NCBI GenBank assembly: GCA_040285825.1
Contig: JAUPSS010000005.1
Span: 744,001-808,000, forward strand
Reading direction: 5' to 3'
DNA: 64,000 nt
Source: Eukaryota sp. TZLM1-RC
Lineage: Eukaryota > Protista > Metamonada: BaSk clade
Positions 23,584-35,070 of this stretch are shown here, piece after piece. The notes under the pieces are model-generated. The model saw nothing but the letters and a program-made list of their open reading frames with translations, had not been told where the DNA came from and searched no databases. The stretch's first letter is position 1. Every line of letters begins with the position of its first letter. The translations under genes were made by a program, and so were the position numbers.

Positions 23584-24766
23584 CTAAAAATCAAGTTGTG
23601 CAGCTTGCTCCCAAGTGAGATTGGGTTTAGCAAAGTGACCATCCGTTGCAGTTCCCCTATAAATAGGTTCTGTGAGGCGAAGCTTTTGGATAATAGACCC
23701 AAGTCTACAATCAAAGTTTTTGTTAATAATGGACAGAATTTCTTCATCTGAACGCTTTCCAGTACCATAAGTGTCAATGTAAATAGAAAGGGGCTTGGAG
23801 ACACCAATAGCATAAGATAATTGCACTAAAATTCTCTTACAGAGACCAGCAGCTACCACACTTTTTGCTATCCAGCGGGCCATGTAACAAGCGGATCTAT
23901 CAACCTTGGTGTAATCCTTTCCAGAAAAGGCACCACCACCATGAGCACCCCATCCACCATAGGTATCAACAATGATCTTACGACCAGTGAGTCCGGCATC
24001 AGCTTGAGGTCCTCCAGTTACGAATTCTCCTGAGGGGTTAATGTGATAGATTGTTCTGTCGTCAAGCATTTCAATAGGGATAATGGGTTTGACAATATGT
24101 TCAATCATAGCCTTAAAGATTTCTTCATTGGAAATGCCTCGGTCATGTTGAGTAGAGATGACGACAGTGTGGACACGTTTTGGAACACAGCCACCATCAA
24201 CTATATCGTATTCAACAGTGACTTGAGTCTTTCCATCAGGACGAAGCCATGGGAGAGTACCTTGCTTACGAACATCAGCCAGACGTCTGGAAAGACGAGT
24301 GGAGAGGAGATGCGAAAGAGGCATAAACTCAGCAGTTTCGTCAGTAGCATAGCCAAACATGATACCTTGGTCTCCAGCTCCAAGCTCTTCCTGTTCGCGA
24401 CCAACATGTACACCACGTGCTATTTCAGGGGATTGAACAGTGATATGCTGTGTGATGTTACAAGTCTTATAGTCTATACCCTTATCCACGGAATCATAAC
24501 CAATTTCCTTAATTGTGTTTCGAACAACTTGTTCAAAGTCAACAGTGGCTGTGGTAGTTATCTCTCCAAGCAGAAAGATGTTATTACCTTTGGCGGCAGT
24601 TTCGCAAGCAACCTTGGCGAGGGGATCTTGTTTCAAACATGCATCAAGAATAGCATCAGATACTTGATCACAAAGCTTGTCGGGGTGACCTTCAGTGACG
24701 GACTCCAAGTCAGAAAAGCAAGAGAGGCATACCAGATGTAAAAAGCATGGAGGTGGCAACAGTCAT
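23584..24766 (-). CDS. MAT: S-adenosylmethionine synthetase; 28-nt intron 24705-24732
   Basis: [11 protein letters not shown]|[47 protein letters not shown]. Confidence 0.95.
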
Positions 24767-24844
24767 GTTTTTGGAAAAGGGAGGAATACCTCATTTCCAT
24801 TTTGTCGTTTTCACAGTTTTTTAATTGTTTCCTAGTTGTGTCGA

Positions 24845-25120
24845 ATCCGGAAGACAGTTGAAACAGCAGCAACAGACTAAAAGCTCTTCAGTTAACAACA
24901 TCTTTTCACGATTCTTCCTTAAATAAAATTCTGAAGTGGTTGAAGTGGTTTCCTTTGATAGGTTCTTTGAATTTCATATGTTTTCTTTGTAACCAGGCTC
25001 CAATTCCGATAGCTACTGGGCTGGAATCAGCTTCATGATCAATTTCAGCCCACCATCTTAGTTTCCTGAATATTTTCTTGTGATATATCTCACCAAATAC
25101 ACCGTGAGTAATTGCTTAAT
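24845..25120 (-). mobile_element. Degenerate Fanzor remnant
   Basis: IFRKLRWWAEI...IGIGAWLQRKHMKFKEPIKG...CCCFNC; nucleotide similarity to 45398-45650. Confidence 0.7.
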
Positions 25121-25710
25121 AAACCTAGTTTTTTTTGTCAATCCTGCACCTTTTGCAGACTTTGTTGTTTGACTATTATTATCAAAATTCAACCAGTAAG
25201 CAATTTCTTGGACACTTTTTATTTACTTGAGTCACATTACTTCTGAGTAAACTAATAGTTCTTTCCATACACTGATTAAATCTATGGGTATGTTGACCCC
25301 TCTTTTGTTGCTCAACTTCTGGTTATGGATGGATCAATTACCCTGTTGAAATGTTATTATTTATTATGATTACTATTACTAATTGATTACTATCTATTAA
25401 TAATTTTTTTATCTTTAAATTTTTTTTGCTATTAATTTTATTTCTAATATCTTTAGGTTGAAACATTGTTGATAAGTTTAATTCCTCAACCTCAATTGGT
25501 GATGTAAATTAAGTGAGTTTGTGATTAAATTTTTAATAGTATGGATATTTGGAAATTTTCATTTAGAATAATTAAATAAAAGAAATGTTACCGTTATTAA
25601 ATTTTTACATTTTGAAATCACTTTCAATTCATTTTGAAGGACTTGATTATGAGTTTCTAAACTAAATTCTTGCAATTTTGGTAAATATTCTAGATATTCA
25701 ATATATTATA

Positions 25711-27885
25711 AAAAAAAATTCAAAAATGGATGTTCGTCCTATTGCAGTCTCTGAGAGCTTACATAATATTTTTTCTGCGTGTTGCTTAAGCAGGTTCAAT
25801 GAAAAAGCTAAAAAGATTTTATTACCCTTTCAATATGGTATAAATACTACAGATGGAGTCTCTTCAGCGATTTTTGCTACTGATGTCTTATTTCGTCAAA
25901 ATGAATCCAATGTTTGCATGTCATTGGATTTTAGTAATGCTTTCAATTCGCTAAGTCGTCGCAGTATCCATGGTGCTCTATTGCAATATATGCCAGAATT
26001 AATACCATATTTTCAATCAACATATTGCACATATTCTAATTTACATTTTGGTAACAACATTTTGATTTCATCAAGTGGCGTAAAGCAAGGAGATCCGTTA
26101 GGACCTCTTTTGTTTTGTTTGGCCATTCATCCTATTCTACTGCAAATTCAAGAGATGTTTCCTTCACTAAAAATGATTGCATATATGGATGATGTTGTGC
26201 TTATTGGTGAATTAACTATTGTGAAAAAAGCAACTGTATGTTTTAAAGAATTATTTACCAAAATTGGTCTCCGACTTAATTTACTTAAATGTGTTTTGTT
26301 ATCGAATTCTCCAGTTTCCACAATAATTGATGATATTGAAATTCAAGCCAAATTATATTCAATTGATGCTATTCGTCATTTGGGTTCGTTTTTAGGAAAT
26401 AATGATGAAATTACCAAAAAATTGTTTGAAAAGTTGAACTCAATTTCTGACAAAATTGACCGAATGATGAATTTAGATATAAAAAAACACATCAAATTTA
26501 CCATTATAAGACTGTGTTTTAGTTCCAATTTTAATCATATATTTCGATCTACAAATCCTCTCGTCACCAGACCTTTGGCTCAAAAGTTTAATGAGTTACG
26601 TGCAAAAGTTCTGTCTCAATTACTGGGATGTAAAATGTTTCAAATTCCAGATCATGCTTACCTTAGTCCACAATATGGTGGTTTAGGGTGGACGAAGGCT
26701 TCTATTCTTACCTCGTGTGCTTTTGTTGGTGGATGCAGAAATGCAATCTTTGAGTTCTCCGAAAGATTTGCAGATTGGGAAGATTTATTGATGACAACGC
26801 AAAGTTCCACTGTTTTTGCATTAAATGAAGAAATTTCAAGAATTGATGTAGAAAAATGGGGTCGATGTTTTCCCCAATCATTCAATGGCAATATTCCAGA
26901 AAAAAATGTTTTAAATTTGAAGTACACTCTTCGAACATTACAGAAAAGATTGACTGGAATGTATGAAAAAGATCTTTATAATAATATTTGCAGCTCGGCT
27001 GTTTTAAATCAAGATCTTCACTCATTGTTATTGGAAAAGGGTGTTTGTGAAAACAAGGTGTCAGATTCTTCACTTTTTGTAACCATTGTACCACGAAGAT
27101 TTGGATTGTGTGCTACTAATGAAGCATTTGTAACAAAAATGAGATTATATTTGAACATCCCCATTAACCAATTATTATCAAAAGAAAAATGTATTTGTTC
27201 GAATTCACCTCAACTCACTTTGCGCCATGCTCTAAATTGCTCTAAATTGATAACTTATCGTTCTTCATTACATGATGCTGTTAGAGACACTGTTTTCAAT
27301 ATGGCACAAACTGCAAGGATATCGTGTATCAAAGAGCCCCTGCTGAAAGAAACACTTTCTCTGAATAATTTTGGTTCTGATGATAGAGGTGATGTATACT
27401 GTGATTGGATTGATAATTCTGAAGCTATTGTTGACTTTGTCTCATGTAATGTTGCAAACGATACTTTGGTTCACAGAAGAAAACTTAATCCTGTGGCTGC
27501 TCTGGATTTTAAAGCAAAAGAAAAACATAGAAAATATGATAAAGAAATTGAAGATGCAAATATCGATAGAAATACACAGCTGGTTTTTATTGCTTTTCCA
27601 TTTTCGATAAATGGAAGATTATCAGTTGAAGCAGAAACTTTTTTGGATGACTTCCAAAAAAATGGTGAAAGAAAAAACAATGCAAAGATTTGATATTTTT
27701 TTATGGCGTTCACGGATTCAATTTGCCATTATTAATAGATTACCGCGGTTTTTCAATCGAATTAGAGAAGCTTTAGCTAGACAGCAAGCAAATCAAGATT
27801 TTGTAGAGGAAATCTTGGTTTAATGATAGTCGTCCCATTAGTTATGATTTAATTTAATCAAGTGTGCAAATTCAATAAATTAATT
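25711..27885 (+). mobile_element. RT-RLE non-LTR retrotransposon family A, 5'-truncated
   Basis: Near-identical to 14604-16780 (inverted). An extra A in the homopolymer near 27660 shifts the C-terminus. Confidence 0.93.
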
Positions 27886-27929
27886 ATATATTATATAATA
27901 AATATAATAATATTATATAATTATATATA

Positions 27930-28970
27930 ATGATTCACATCTTTTATTGAAGTTTCTCGAAAACATGGTGCAAGAATTACCTATTGATGTGTGGAATAAG
28001 TGTTTTCCTTCAAGTTTGCCTTCTGTACCTTCGAGATCTGTGTCTTATCTTCATATTGCTATTGTGAAATTATAAAAGTCTGTTTAAAATGGTTTTGAAG
28101 ACCTGGATTTTTCTAAACGACTTAGTGTGACCAAAATTAATAATCCCGTCTTTGCTGTTTTTTGTCAGACATTCAAAATTGCACTAGTTTAATTTCTCAG
28201 CAACCAAGACCATTGATATTCACTTAACAAATGAAGCTTAGAAACAAAACATGCGGTTGATATTAGGGTTGTATCCAAGTGGACTTTTGGATAATTCTGC
28301 TTGTATTTGTAACCAAAAACCGTCTGCCCATTTCCGTCGTATTGTGAGTTGTAAGAAGTTTCTTCAATATCGGTCAGTTCTTCATAATGCTGTTCCTGAT
28401 GTGACCTTCGAAATGTTTAAGTTTTACAATTTTAGTTGCAAAGTAGAACCCTTGTTGATGCATTATAGCGATAATAATTTGTTTGATTCTCGTTGTGGTG
28501 ATTTCATTGCTCCTTTTGTGGATTCCTCTCAGGTTGTTGTTGATTTTACTACTGTTGATCCCTTTGCTTCAAGTTACCGTGATGATGTCTTAGTTCTAAT
28601 GGCCACTTGGACAAGGATGAACTTCGTAAACGAGACAAATTTGATGAGTTATTGAATGATTGAATAACCCTCACTCGAAGGTTTCTTTTGTTCCTTTTGC
28701 CTTCTCGAATTTTGGTAACATTGGTCAGTCTGGTTCAAATTCTCTCAATGATTTTGGTATTCTTTGTCGTTAAAATGGTAAGAATTTTGCTGGGTATTTA
28801 TGGAAGAATCGTGTCATCTTAGCTTTGTATAGAAGTGTTCCCAATTATTTAAATTTAATGATGTCCAAGTTTTACAAGGATTCTTCAAAAGTTGATGTGA
28901 AGAATTTTGTTTCTTATGTGTTTTAGTTTGTTTTGTTTTGTTTTGTAATTACGTAGAAAATATAAAAATA
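27930..28970 (+). mobile_element. Decayed non-LTR retrotransposon 3' part (divergent family)
   Basis: MRL..GL..CIC..SC..HNAV..VEPL..RCGD..VDFTTVDP with stops and frameshifts. Confidence 0.7.
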
Positions 28971-29806
28971 AATGATCTATTATATAATATTACAATTTTA
29001 TATCAATTAATGTATTTTTAATTATTATTTATTCTCTAATTTTATTAATTTACGTTTAATGTAATTCTTAAACGATTTGTTTAATTTGTGAATTTTTATG
29101 GTTTTATATTTTTAAAATGTTGAATTGTAACATTAGAAATCTCTATTTCAATAATTGAATATGTATTTAATTGTTTAATGGGTTCGTGAAAAAGTTTTTT
29201 ATCTAAACAAAATCTTGAATTTCTATGTAATAAAATTCGAGAACATCACTTTGGCTAATTTTTGAATCAATTAAAACCTTTCTCGTTCGCACAAAATCAT
29301 CTTTATTATTATTTAATGATTCAAATTTTTATTGTTATTTATTAAATTTTCTACATTTTTGATTAATTCATTGACAATGTTTAATTGTGTTTCAGTGACA
29401 GTGAGGAGTCGATTTATTACAGCAATTAAAGCTTTTGATGTTATATTTTATTGATTCAAGATCAACAAAAAATTAATTTGACAGAATTCAAAAAACAAAA
29501 CTTTATCCAACAGATTCCAAGAATATCATATCTAGCATTGAAACAATGTCATCTTATTCAATCCAAAAACGACTTGAAATAATATAGGATCACTACTTAT
29601 GATTTTGAGAATATTTAAAAGTGTATTCATAACCTTGATATCAATTATTCTCAATATCAAGGAAAAACCCTTGATGTCGATGTTCCTGGTAAAACTGCTA
29701 TATAACTGGTATATTTTTCTGTACATTTGGCTAGTTGATTGCAATTGACTCATTCATCATTCATTTTATGTAAAGTCAAAATCAACGAAAATTTGAGCCG
29801 AGTAGT

Positions 29807-30481
29807 TTTTTTTTCTCGTAAATTTTTTTATTAAATTAGCTAAATACTACGACAATTCAGAAATTCCTCATCCAACTACTCCACTACTAGTAGTCAATAC
29901 TCCAAAAAGACATTGAACAACCAGCACACAACCAAAAAGTACATGATTGACATTACTAAGCGGCCGTCTGAGATGCTCCAAGAGCGTTTTGAAGGCGACA
30001 GCAAGCTTTTCATCACACATACGATAGTTAGAACCAGCAACAACATCCAATAAGAAGAGTGAGAATTTGATCTCAAGAACAACTAACCAATTCTTCAGTA
30101 AACAGATCACAAACTTTCTACTTCCATTACTAAGCGGCCGTCTAAGAAGCTCCAAGAGCGGTTTAAAGGCGACAGCAAGCTTTTCATGAGAAGAGAAATG
30201 CAAACATCTGTTGATGGTCAAGTCAAATTGAACAAGAAACAAAAAGCTTGTGAGAAGGGAACTAATTTGTCTCCAAATTGATGTTTCGAAGGATGATGTT
30301 ATCAGTGGAAGAACATTCAGTAGAGTCAACAAAGAAGGGGGAGACAACGCAGAGCAATATGGAATAATTGTTGAGAAAACGATAGGAGGGCCTGGACCGT
30401 GATAAGGGAGGTTTTCAACAATCATGATGGAGAGGAAGGAAGTTCGACGCGGAAGGCGGGGGGGGGGGAAGAAAAAAAAAA
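29807..30481 (-). mobile_element. Retroposed non-autonomous insert (SINE-like or processed transcript)
   Basis: 14-bp TSD TTGAGCCGAGTAGT (29793-29806, 30482-30495), AATAAA and an A-tail on the minus strand, and an internal 63-bp direct repeat. Confidence 0.75.
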
Positions 30482-31124
30482 TTGAGCCGAGTAGTGATAA
30501 AGTTAAAAGGATTAAGGACAATATTCGTAATGACACTCAGACCGTAGTAGATGGTGCAACTAAGAAATAATCTGGGCAATATCCTAGATTCACCGAGAAT
30601 CACTCTATATATTTTGGATTAATAAAATGAAGGAAAATATTAGTGATTTAATTAACAAATATGACCTAAATGGTGTTGTTGAAGAACTTATAACAGTAAA
30701 CACACAATTAAATTCACCTAATTTTGTAAATACTGAAAAATATAAACAATTAAAACATATTTTGAAAGAAATATCGATTTATGATGTTAATTCTGAATTA
30801 AAATCAAACAATACAATAAAAAACTTATACAACGAATTGAAATAGTAAATACTTTGAAATCAAAAATACTTTTTATTTTTCATTAAAATGGGAAAACATG
30901 AATCAATGATTGTTGATGTTTTGACAACATCTAGATGGGATAAATATGAAAAACAATTCTCAGGATATCAACATGAGAATGATGACATCAAATTATTCTT
31001 AAAGAAGTGGAGTTAGTGATGATCAAATTGTGATCAAGAAAGCAAGTCTTCCCAACCGAGAAAAACGTAATGACAAAATTGAATACAAAATTATATTATT
31101 ATTATATATTATTACCGAAAAAAT

Positions 31125-32155
31125 GAGACTGAAAACCAATATTTCTATTGTTAATAGTTTGCAAACGCCATCCGAACTAAATCTTCCTCCTGTTCCCAAT
31201 GTTTCTGCTGATGATGTTAATTATGATTTAAATATTGATCAAACTCATTTACCAAAAACTGTTGCTCCTGATCCTACGGATAATGTCTTGAAACATAGTT
31301 GTCCTTTTTGCAAAAAGTTCCTCTCTAATTCTTCTAATGGTCGCCCTCTCTTGTTTTGTTTTGACTGTCAAACAAGTGATTCTCTTCGTACACCTGTTAA
31401 AATTCCTGTAGAGGTGAGTCCTGCGAGTTCTGTTCCTTTGTCAATGGAAATGCGTTCTTTTTCTTCGCAATTGAAATTAAACAAATGGAACATAACAAGA
31501 TTTTGGAAATTCTTTGCCAAAAAGAATAAGAAGAAAATTAATTACAAACCAAAACAGGGAAAAGCTAATTCATCTTTTCAAGCAAGAAAATTGTTTTTGA
31601 GAGGTAGATATGGAAGCGGATTAAAAAATATTTTTTCGGGAAAACTGGCTGATACCAATCTCGAAACTGTTGAAAAATTGAAATCCCTCCATCCAACTGA
31701 ACATTTTTGCCCCAGTAAGCCTTCTATTTGTCAATATTGGCTCGAAAATGCATTTCAGGCTCAAGAAGTATTGAATGCCGTTGCTAAATTACCAAAAGGA
31801 AAAGCTGCTGGTCCTTCAGGCATTTCCTTTGATTTGTTAAAAACTGCCTGTAAAAATGCTCCTGAAATTGTTGAGGATCTTGCTTCCTATTTTCAAAATT
31901 TAATGTGTTTAAATTATGTTCCTCCGCCTGAATTGACTGCTGCCCGTTTAGTTGCTTTAGTTAAACCTGGTAAAGGTGACAAACCTGATGGAGTTAGACC
32001 AATTGCTATTGGAGAGTCATTAACCAGATTGCTTTCTTCGCTTATTTTTAACAGAATTTCTACTAAAGCAGGGACTATTTGAAGCCTTTCCAATTTAATA
32101 TAAAAACTGTTGAAGGTGCTTCTGTTGCTTCAATGACTTCAGATGTTTTTTTCAA
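31125..32155 (+). mobile_element. N-terminal part of a non-LTR retrotransposon ORF (zinc finger plus start of RT)
   Basis: CPFC...CFDC, KLKSLHP, KGKAAGPSG, RLVALVKP, VRPIAIGE. Confidence 0.8.
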
Positions 32156-32249
32156 AATCATTTTGAAATAAAACTATGTGAATTAAACCATAGTAAAACC
32201 CAATTGGAAAAAAGTTATAAAAATCAAATTGAACAATTGAATATATAGT

Positions 32250-32665
32250 TCAAAGAAGAAAATTTAATCCCATAAGTGCTCTTGAATTTAAAGCTAAAGA
32301 AAAACATATAAAATATGACAAAAATATCGAAGAAGATAATGCTGATAGAAATAGACCACTTGTTTTTACTGCTTTTTCATTTTCTGAAAACGGAAGATTA
32401 TCGGTAGATGCAGGAATTTTTCTAAATGGTTTCCAAAAAATGGTTCAAGAAAAAACAATGAAAAGATATGACATCTTTTTATGGCGCTTTCGGATTCAAT
32501 TTGCCATTATTAATAGATTACCTCGGTTTTGTCAATCGAATTAGAGAAGCTTTAACTAGACATCAAACAGATCAAGATTTTGTAGAGGAGTTCTTGCTTC
32601 AATGAATTTCGTCCCTTTAGTCATAAGTTCATTTTGTTAAGTTCGCAAGTTCAATAAATTAATAA
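32250..32665 (+). mobile_element. 3' end fragment of a family A-related element
   Basis: Similar to 12035-12440; ends TTCAATAAATTAAT. Confidence 0.8.
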
Positions 32666-33001
32666 TTCTATTGAGTTTTGTAGTTAAAAAAAGATTTCTT
32701 TAGATAGCATTGCAATTAGCTTATATATTAATTTAAAATATTATATTATACCATGTTTCCTAAAATAATGGGTGTCTATTAATTGGGCGATTTTTCGCCT
32801 GATCTCCCAAATCACCCAACATTTTTGGCACTTGACATTTTTGGAAACATGGTAGTTTATTGTTTAATTGCAACCTAGCGCTTCAGCCGAATGAAATTTA
32901 TTTGCCTTCGTGAACCTTATTACATACACTAACTCTGGTGTAACCCATCACCACAAATCAACATTTGATCAATATTGCTAAAAAATTTAAAATAAAAATT
33001 T

Positions 33002-33073
33002 CGTTCCCACTGGGGGTCGAACCCAGAACCTTTTGATTCGAAGTCAAACGCGCTTCCATTGCGCCATAGAAAC
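33002..33073 (-). tRNA. tRNA-Arg(TCG)
   Basis: GTTTCTA/TGGGAAC acceptor stem, TTTGA-CTTCGAA-TCAAA anticodon arm, GGTTCGACCCC T-arm. Confidence 0.9.
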
Positions 33074-33139
33074 CGCATTCAAACTTGTTGCATGATTTAT
33101 TAAAAGAAATGCGTAAAACAGTGTTCCATGAGATATCAA

Positions 33140-33350
33140 ACCATCCTTTCCTTTTCAGTATGGCTCCACGTCTCTGAAATGACCAACGAAATATCATGCT
33201 TTGTTAAGATGTCGATCTGAAGTTTGTAAAGAATGTGATGGAAACGATAAGGTATGGAATCGTAACAAGTAAGCATGTATCATCATCAAGGAAATTGTAG
33301 ATTATTTTGTAGAGGATAGTGATGGTGACAGGCCTCCACATCTGTCATAA
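33140..33350 (+). mobile_element. Fanzor C-terminal remnant related to 7982-8650
   Basis: YHALLRCRSEVCKECDGNDKVWNRNK*ACII...RPPHLS* aligns by eye with CHGLLACNSERCK...FNRNKLAC...RPQYLS. Confidence 0.7.
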
Positions 33351-33698
33351 GTGTAGCTTTTTACTACAGTGAATCTGTGGCGTTTTTGGATTTTCCCATG
33401 TCATGTGGAATTGCTGACATGAAATCATAAATAAATAAAGTCATGTTCAATTGCCTCTTTGATTCGCCTCGACCCAACCATTACTTATAAACCCTCCAAT
33501 TTAAGAAAGTTCGATGTATGCTCCTGAATTTTTGTGAGGTCAACAATAACCAGAACTTCACCTAAGTCTTTGGCTTGAAACAGATCATCAATGAACAAAA
33601 GCAAAAGAACTTATGTTGAGGTGAGTCATAGTCGTTAAAGAGCAAAGAACATGCAGATGTTAGGTGAAAAATTTAATAGACGACATACCATGGCTTAT

Positions 33699-34134
33699 TA
33701 ATTTATTGAATTTGCACACTTGATTAAATTAAATCATAACTAATGGGACGACTATCATTAAACCAAGATTTCCTCTACAAAATCTTGATTTGCTTGCTGT
33801 CTAGCTAAAGCTTCTCTAATTCGATTGAAAAACCGCGGTAATCTATTAATAATGGCAAATTGAATCCGTGAACGCCATAAAAAAATATCAAATCTTTTCA
33901 TTGTTTTTTCTTTCACCATTTTTTGGAAGTCATCCAAAAAAGTTTCTGCTTCAACTGATAATCTTCCATTTATCGAAAATGGAAAAGCAATAAAAACCAG
34001 CTGTGTATTTCTATCGATATTTGCATCTTCAATTTCTTTATCATATTTTCTATGTTTTTCTTTTGCTTTAAAATCCAGAGCAGCCACAGGATTAAGTTTT
34101 CTTCTGTGAACCAAAGTATCGTTTGCATCGTTTG
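33699..34134 (-). mobile_element. Family A retrotransposon, 5'-truncated copy
   Basis: Near-identical to the family A 3' end; TSD CCATGGCTTAT at 33688-33698 and 34135-34145. Confidence 0.93.
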
Positions 34135-34228
34135 CCATGGCTTATATAATACTAGTGAAAAATACAAAAAAATTCGGACAGATGAAAAAACACATAAAAT
34201 TTATTACATTGTCATTGTGAATAGAAAC

Positions 34229-34700
34229 CTACATTGCATGCTGTCTAGTGTGTTGTCTGGCTAAGATTAGAGTGTTATTCACTGAACAAACCGTTTTCAT
34301 TGTACTGTTTCTTGTTAGCAATAAAGATGGATGCAAGATCATTCCTCAGGGGATCCTCTGGATTAGGGTCTTGGAGAAGGGATTGGATGGAGAGAAGAAC
34401 AGTGGAAACCTGCATAGCCGGACTCCAATCAGTTTTGAGAATGTCAAGGCAAATGCGGCCCAGACTATCGATGTTCATGTGGTATACGTCTGTGGCAAAA
34501 CGACATTTAGGGGGTTCCATTGGATAATTCTGTGGAAGGAACATCTCTATGGTAAATACTCCCCCCTCATATGGAGTGCCAGGAGGACCTGCGACTTGGG
34601 CTGTAAGGGATCGGTTGTTGGAGGGATCAACAGTAACGGAGATACCTGTGATAGGATCACGCATTAGACGGGAAATTTCCTTGTTGATACGGGCACTCAT
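34229..34700 (-). CDS. Ubiquitin-conjugating enzyme E2 (UBC4/UBE2D-like); intron 34261-34291
   Basis: GPPGTPYEGG, YPMEPP, HMNI..GRICLDILK. Splicing the 31-nt intron gives the C-terminus YNENARQHTRQHAM*. Confidence 0.92.
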
Positions 34701-34763
34701 AGATACTATCTATATTAACAAAAAAAGTGTGAGAGGGATTACTTTGCTGTGATTACACAAAAT

Positions 34764-34958
34764 TTAATTAATTTATTGAATTTGCACACTTGATTAAATT
34801 AAATCATAACTAATGGGACGACTATCATTAAACCAAGATTTCCTCTACAAAATCTTGATTTGCTTGCTGTCTAGCTAAAGCTTCTCTAATTCGATTGAAA
34901 AACCGCGGTAATCTATTAATAATGGATAATAATAATAATACTAATACTAATAATAATG
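34764..34958 (-). mobile_element. Family A retrotransposon, very short 3' copy
   Basis: Family A 3' end plus AAT-type filler; TSD TTACACAAAAT at 34753-34763 and 34959-34969. Confidence 0.92.
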
Positions 34959-35070
34959 TTACACAAAATATGTATGTTTTTTTTAATCTTTTTTATTTAT
35001 TCCAATAAAAAATAAACTATACGACTAGGCATATGCATGTTTTTATCCAATAAATCTTAAAACTAATACT

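Noticed and set aside
25701-27895. ATATATTATA as the TSD of the plus-strand family A copy
   Set aside because: A 10-bp match inside AT-only sequence could be chance, so it was not counted.
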